Shown: piece after piece, positions 57,974-64,000 of the stretch
Layout: each line of letters opens with the position of its first letter
How positions within the stretch are numbered: the stretch's first letter is position 1
DNA from: Octopus vulgaris
Taxonomy: Eukaryota
NCBI GenBank assembly: GCA_951406725.2
Contig: OX597828.1
Coordinates: 73,470,001 to 73,534,000 of the forward strand
Reading direction: 5' to 3'
DNA: 64,000 nucleotides
Program-made: the position numbers and the translations under genes
The notes under the pieces: generated by a model
What the model saw: the letters and a program-made list of their open reading frames with translations, nothing else
Told to the model about the DNA's origin: nothing
The model's database searches: none

Positions 57974-58298
57974 GGAGATGTACTCGCATAGCAAGTAATT
58001 TGATCTGAGATCGTGTGCTGAAACGAAAACAATTGCAGCGTGGAGGTATTTATAAGCCATTTAAGAAACACACAAAAGCCGTTCGATTCACTCCAACATT
58101 TAAGTTTAATTTGTCAAAATATTTTCGTCGCTAAAATCCGCGACCTGTTCACTGATGCAGCACGGACTTTGTCAGTGAACAGGTCGCGGATTTTAGCGAC
58201 GAAAATATTTTGACAAATTAAACTTAAATGTTGGAGTGAATCGAACGGCTTTTGTGTGTTTCTTAAATGGCTTATAAACACCTCCCACGCTGCAATTG

Positions 58299-58299
<1 letters not shown>
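57972..58299. mobile_element. (TA)n-flanked element forming a ~127-bp-arm hairpin, with variant hammerheads
   Basis: 58029-58155 is the near-perfect reverse complement of 58172-58299, with a 16-nt loop. Confidence 0.85.
58168..58217 (+). ncRNA. type I hammerhead-fold RNA with G3-C8 swapped core (GUGAACA)
   Basis: TTTGTCA-GTGAACA-G-GTCGC ggatttta GCGAC-GAAA-ATAT-TT-TGACAAA. 7-bp stem I, 5-bp stem II, palindromic stem III AATATT. Mirrored on the minus strand at 58110-58155. Confidence 0.75.
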
Positions 58300-58336
<37 letters not shown>

Positions 58337-58396
58337 CATATATATATATAACATACTGAATGACGTACACTAAAATTTTCTATTTCTTCTGAATAG

Positions 58397-58440
58397 TGTT
58401 ATTCAGTTTGAAGCGTATATTCAGCTATTCTCATCAGACA
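58397..58440 (-). ncRNA. decayed hammerhead-like motif
   Basis: TGT-CTGATGA-GAA...TTC-AAA(G missing)-CTGAA-TA-ACA. Confidence 0.35.
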
Positions 58441-58572
58441 GTAAATCTATGTTTTACATCCTACCAGTCGATATCCCTGAACTTTCTAAGCCTACTTACC
58501 ATTATGAAAATCACATTTCGATCGTGATTTTGAAAGAACAAATTTTGTTGTCATTTTATGGTGATAACAATG

Positions 58573-58706
<134 letters not shown>

Positions 58707-58707
58707 G

Positions 58708-59310
58708 ATGGAAGAAAAGGTGAAGGCAAAAATCCTCTGGGACTGACTTTCAGAGAGACAGGGATATAGTAACCGTAGACCCGATATAGTAACCTTTAAG
58801 ATGGACAAACGAGAGTGCCTAATAATTGAGGTGGCAGTGTCAGGAGATGAACATATCATCATGAAAGAAAGAGAACAGGTTGATAAAGATGGAGACTGAG
58901 GGCCTCCATATGCAGCTACGTGGGTCAAACATAAAGGTAATCCCTATTCTCATCGGAGCTTTGGTTTCAATACCACTCAATCTGTAAAATCAATCATCTG
59001 AAAACTTTAGAAATACTCTACAATCTAGATGTATTGCAACAGATGGCATTACTTGGAACTGCACGCATATTGCGTAAAGAACTGTCTGTCTGACTATAAT
59101 TAATGCAGTATCGGCCAGTGGCTCTCATGGCTTCTGATCTTAACTGATTGGAAGTGTTATCATGTACGTTATTTTGTCTTGGTATAAAAGAGGGTTCACA
59201 GCAAATATTCTGCTCAATACTACAGATGTGCTTGTCAGTTGTTTGACCTTAACCAGTTGAGCATGTCCGGAGATCACCATTTCGTACACATATGGTTGTG
59301 ATGCATGGTA
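58708..59310 (+). mobile_element. R4/Dong LINE (family D) 3' fragment, decayed, after (AAT)n
   Basis: AKILWD, NRRPDIV, CLIIEVAV, LLGTARILRKELSV*. Confidence 0.75.
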
Positions 59311-59879
59311 CTATTATAGTGGTGGTGGTGAGTAAATTTTCAAATGTTTATTCCTTTAGTTTCTATTGGTTTCAAATTTTCGCACAGCAATTCCAGGGTG
59401 GTGGGCAAGTCGATTTCCCAGCATGGTAACGTTTGTTCGATCTCGTTCTTTTTCCTTATAAAATCAAAACCTGAGTATATGAATATGTGAAGCAGTGAGA
59501 CATCTCTTATTCATGGAGTCTGATGCCCGTGGTTACTTTGACTACGATTTTCATCATAAACGAAATGAAGATGCTATGATGTTGAAACATACACCTCTGT
59601 GTGTTAGTGTGTTTGTGTTTCTGTGTTTACACATGATAATATTGAGAAATTCTGGAAGTATTTCTACGTGTGAAACAAATTCTAGAAAAACCTGAATAAG
59701 TCGTTTACAGAGTTGTGGCCCTAAAGTTTGTTCGCTCGAAAGGATGGATGCTATCTAACAGAATATTTGCATTTTGTCTTATACCTGATTGTGGTTAAAA
59801 TTTATAAGCTGGAAATTTTAAAACATATTTATTTGTGTTTTCCCTGACAACATATTTATGAAGAGGTCCAACACGATTA

Positions 59880-60790
59880 TACCTACGTAAGTATCAGTCT
59901 CAGTCTGCGAAAATACTCCATCTTAAATGTTTCTGTCATTTCTTTCTCCATCAATTTATTCATTTCCAATAACCCTAGGTACTTAGAGCCCGTTTCTTCT
60001 ATCTGCATCATTCCTTACCCCGACAGTATCACTAGCCCGTCCATACATTTGATTTTGCCTCTCTTCAAAACTAATACACCACACTTTCTTAGTCTGAACT
60101 CCATTCTGATATCATCACTGAAATTATACACCGTATCAACGTGGGAACTGACTTAGGATTCATCTTTACCATAAAGTTTGAGATCATCCATGAATAACAA
60201 GTGGTTGACTTTTCGTTGGCGGTATTTGAATACATCACCAGCTTTTGCCTTCCTCAGAATCAGTGTTAGTGGCATTATACATAGCCCCTCCTTTTCCAAG
60301 CAATCGCTCAACATTCGATGCAATACCAAACATGTTCATACATTCCATGAATCCAAGAACGTGAGAACATATCGTACGTCTTACTATAATCACTCTATGA
60401 CATGGCTAAGTTAGTTTTCCGCCTCTTGCATTCTCTAAGTACATTTTTATCTACCAGGAGTTGATACATGGTACCTCTGCACTTACGCTTGCAACCTTTC
60501 TGCTCATGTGGCAGGACTCCATTTTTTTTCCAGATGTCCGTAAATTGACTGTGCGACTATCCCAGTCAATAATTTCCACATAAGTGGCAAGCAGGACATC
60601 GGCCTGTAATTCTCTACCCTATTGCTTCTTCGACGCTTTCCAAGCACAGCTCTGTCCTACCCGTTTTCAGCCACTTTGCTGAGACTTGGTCGCCATTTAA
60701 CAAGGTGTTGAGTTGTGCAGCTATTTCTGCATAACATTCACCAAATCTTTTGATCCAGTAGCCTTGAACTCCATTTGGTCCCAGGGCCTT
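59880..60790 (-). mobile_element. R4/Dong LINE RT fragment (decayed) next to (ATT)n
   Basis: Minus strand [57 protein letters not shown]. Confidence 0.8.
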
Positions 60791-60863
60791 CCATATTAAT
60801 AATAATAATTATCATTATTATTATAATCATCGTCATCTTTATTATTATTATTATTATTATTAC

Positions 60864-60926
<63 letters not shown>

Positions 60927-60929
60927 CAA

Positions 60930-61001
<72 letters not shown>

Positions 61002-61072
61002 CATTGTTATTATTAGGACCATCATTATTGCATTTTTACAATTATTACTGTAATCATAATGTTAATTATTAT

Positions 61073-61109
<37 letters not shown>

Positions 61110-61855
61110 GCTACCACTGCTGCTGCAATTGTCATTATAATTATTTGCTCTAATCGTGCTACAATGTAATATCTTGGATACATTTTTCTATTTACAGAAA
61201 TGAAATTCAGCTCTGGTTCCATCATCCATGTCCTCATTCCATTAAGACCAATCCCTAATTACTTTTCGCGTAATTGTCTCTCACTTTCTCGTCTATTCTA
61301 TAACACACAACTTCTCCTCATCTCCCTCTCTCTTACTCCACCATCTCCCTCTCTCAGACTCCGTGTTGTTCTGCATTTTCTCTCTCTCTCTCTCTATCTT
61401 TCTATTTATCTGTCTCTAATTTTCCATCACAAAGAATGAAATGAAGCAAAGACTATCAAAGATTACATTCTAAGAATCCATTTGGTTAGCACCAATTCTT
61501 GTAATTAAGGAATCTATTTTCGTTGCATTAAAATTACATTATTATCTAATCGAATGCCACAGCAATTTAAATATGGAATCTATTAATTTTTATCTTGTTA
61601 CGTGTATTAATTTCAATGGTAACTTTTAAAACTAGTAAAAAATACAAATATATATCTTAATTACAAGTACTAAGATTCCAGGCCCGAGCTACTCGTTCGA
61701 TCTCACTGTGAGGCCTCCTACACAAGTGTTTTATATTATAGCCTAGAACTCACTACAGCCTTGCTAGTGTGGAAGTTAGTAGAAACTGTGCAGAGGCATT
61801 TTATATACATACCTATATACATACATGCATGCACGCATACCCTCCTCCTCCTCCC

Positions 61856-62075
61856 AGTCCGTCGGTTACGACGACGAGGGTCCCAGCTGATACTATCAAC
61901 GGAACAGCTTGCTCGTGAAATTAACGTGCAAGTGGCTGAGCACTCCACAGACACGTGTATCATTGACGTAGTTCTCGGGGAGATTCAGCGTAACACAGAA
62001 TGGGGCAAGGCTGGCCCCTTTGAAATGCAGGTACAACTCATTTTTGCCAGCTGAGTGGACTGGGGAACTAAACAT
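61856..62075 (-). mobile_element. SINE family 5
   Basis: Reverse complement of the 32480-32730 body. Confidence 0.7.
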
Positions 62076-62443
62076 CTCGCCACGCAGCCACATTTATACG
62101 TTCATATTTATAAACGTATTTAATATGTGCATGTGTGTATGTATGTATGTATGTGTGTGTGCGTGTGTGTATGGCTGCGTGTGTGTGCGCGCCTGCGTCC
62201 GTTTGTGTATATATATCTATACACACGAGATATGAATTCAATCTACTGGTTCTTCTCCCACACACCCCACCGTTTTTCCTCGAACAAACAAGGCTACGAG
62301 TGAGCAGGGGTAAGTAATATTTTAACACCCCAAGGGTTGAAATTATAAGTCTCTATGAACCTATGGGACGCTATCATTGTCGAGAGCAATAATGAATCAT
62401 TAACCTTACAATTTCATTAAATTATTGTTGTCCTGAACACTTA

Positions 62444-62485
62444 AAACCATTTTCTCCTGGGATACTCGAGACTTCATCAGAGAAT
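62444..62485 (-). ncRNA. decayed hammerhead-like motif
   Basis: CTGATGA-A-GTCTCGAG tat CCCAGGA-GAAA-ATGG-TT. Core present but stems I and II imperfect. Confidence 0.3.
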
Positions 62486-62819
62486 AGCTAGGTATTTGAT
62501 TATTGAATATTGAATATTTGATTGAAGATAAAATGGTGCTTCCCTGATTGCCGTTTATCACCAATACTCAAAAAAGTATCTGGACAGCTTGAAATAGCAC
62601 ACATGCGTCATTCAAGTTGTGCCAAGCACACGCGTTAAAGTAACCCCTTTATGCAAAATAAGGTGGAATTAAGAGGAGCTGTGTCTCATTGAAACAGACG
62701 AGTTAGTCCTTGCTGGAGTATTTCTAATCACAAGTCTGCTCAAGCACCACGAAAGTTGGTTAAACAATTTAGTGTTTGACCTCAATATAAACAATATATT
62801 CGCTCATTTAAAGTTTTAC

Positions 62820-62863
<44 letters not shown>

Positions 62864-62874
62864 CACACACATAT

Positions 62875-62928
<54 letters not shown>

Positions 62929-63587
62929 CATATATACGTCATACTTACTGAGAAGTATCTAAACAAAATTCAATACATGGGCCTAAATTTTAATCAACCC
63001 TTTAAATAATTTGGCTACTCCGATTTTATCACGGCAGGTTTTGATACACACCTCATCATTATGTCAGGAAGTAACTGAAGATGGCGACTCAAATGTACTC
63101 ATGATGACGAAGAATGTCGTATGGTATGAGAGACTACAACATCGATAGACATAATGGCGTGCAGTATTGACTCCATGATTTGAAATGACTGTGGCCAGGA
63201 CAACTATCAAATATAACTGTCCATCAATTGTTTTGATATACGCCATGCTGTAGTTATCAAACAGTCTGAGCTCCGAATATACAAGTGGTATACGGTAGTA
63301 AGAAACTATAAGATTAAGAGGTGCGGTTTCAAACTATAGACGCTTACACTATTATAGCATATACGTTGCATGAGACAAGAAAATTATGCATATTTTGTGC
63401 AGAAATTGCAATCTTAAATTTTTTTCACTATACATGATTTACAGACGTATATAAATAATTATACCTTCGATTGCGTTTTTTGTATTTTTTCGGTAAATTC
63501 TGGATGACAATTGGTGTGTTGAAACAAATCTTGTGATTTGGGAGTGTCGATAAACCAATAATAATAATAATAATAATAATAATAATC

Positions 63588-63644
<57 letters not shown>

Positions 63645-63646
<2 letters not shown>

Positions 63647-64000
63647 CTGCAAAAATATCTACTTCAGAAGGAAGGAAAACTGATACAAATAGCGGCAAAA
63701 CACGAGCAAAACAAAAAAATGTTCTCAGTATTTAAGGAAGCTGACAAATACAAACAAGAAATCATACCACTTAACAAATATGAAGAAGAAGAAGAAGAAG
63801 AAGAAGAAGAAGAAGAAGAAGAAGAAGAAGAAGAAGAAGAAGAAGAAGAAGAAGAAGAAGAAGAAGAAGAAGAAGAAGAAAACACAACAAAAGCTATAAA
63901 GCAAATGAAATCAAAACTAAAACTAAAACAGCAACGGACCATGATAAAACAATGGTAAGAAAAGCCCCTTCATGGCAAGTACTGAACTAAACTAAATGCA
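63645..64000 (+). mobile_element. 5'-truncated R4/Dong LINE (family A), continues past window end
   Basis: Matches 53672-53950, follows (AAT)n, and has an internal (GAA)n expansion. Confidence 0.88.

Overview
AT-rich, microsatellite-saturated eukaryotic intergenic or intronic DNA. The repeat content resembles a cephalopod (Octopus-like) genome; this is an inference. No host protein-coding gene is supportable, and almost all listed ORFs are microsatellite artefacts (YI/LS/II/NN runs). The real content is mobile DNA: (1) a head-to-tail cluster of R4/Dong-type restriction-like-endonuclease LINEs in (AAT)n tracts, including one decayed full-length copy at 50674-54770; (2) Tx1/L1-clade LINE copies, the youngest in a (GATA)n tract; (3) RTE and CR1-like fragments; (4) Penelope-like GIY-YIG fragments; (5) Tc1/mariner and hAT elements or MITEs; (6) many tRNA-derived SINEs. 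The most notable signal is invisible in the ORF track. About 13 type I hammerhead-ribozyme motifs, from several sequence-unrelated families, lie in short non-coding inserts between (TA)n tracts, often with Penelope-style inverted or tandem repeats. They include a 346-bp tandem monomer folded into a ~640-bp hairpin, a natural G3-C8 core-swapped hammerhead (GUGAACA) and a family with U at core position 6. All structures were folded by eye and ribozyme activity is untested.
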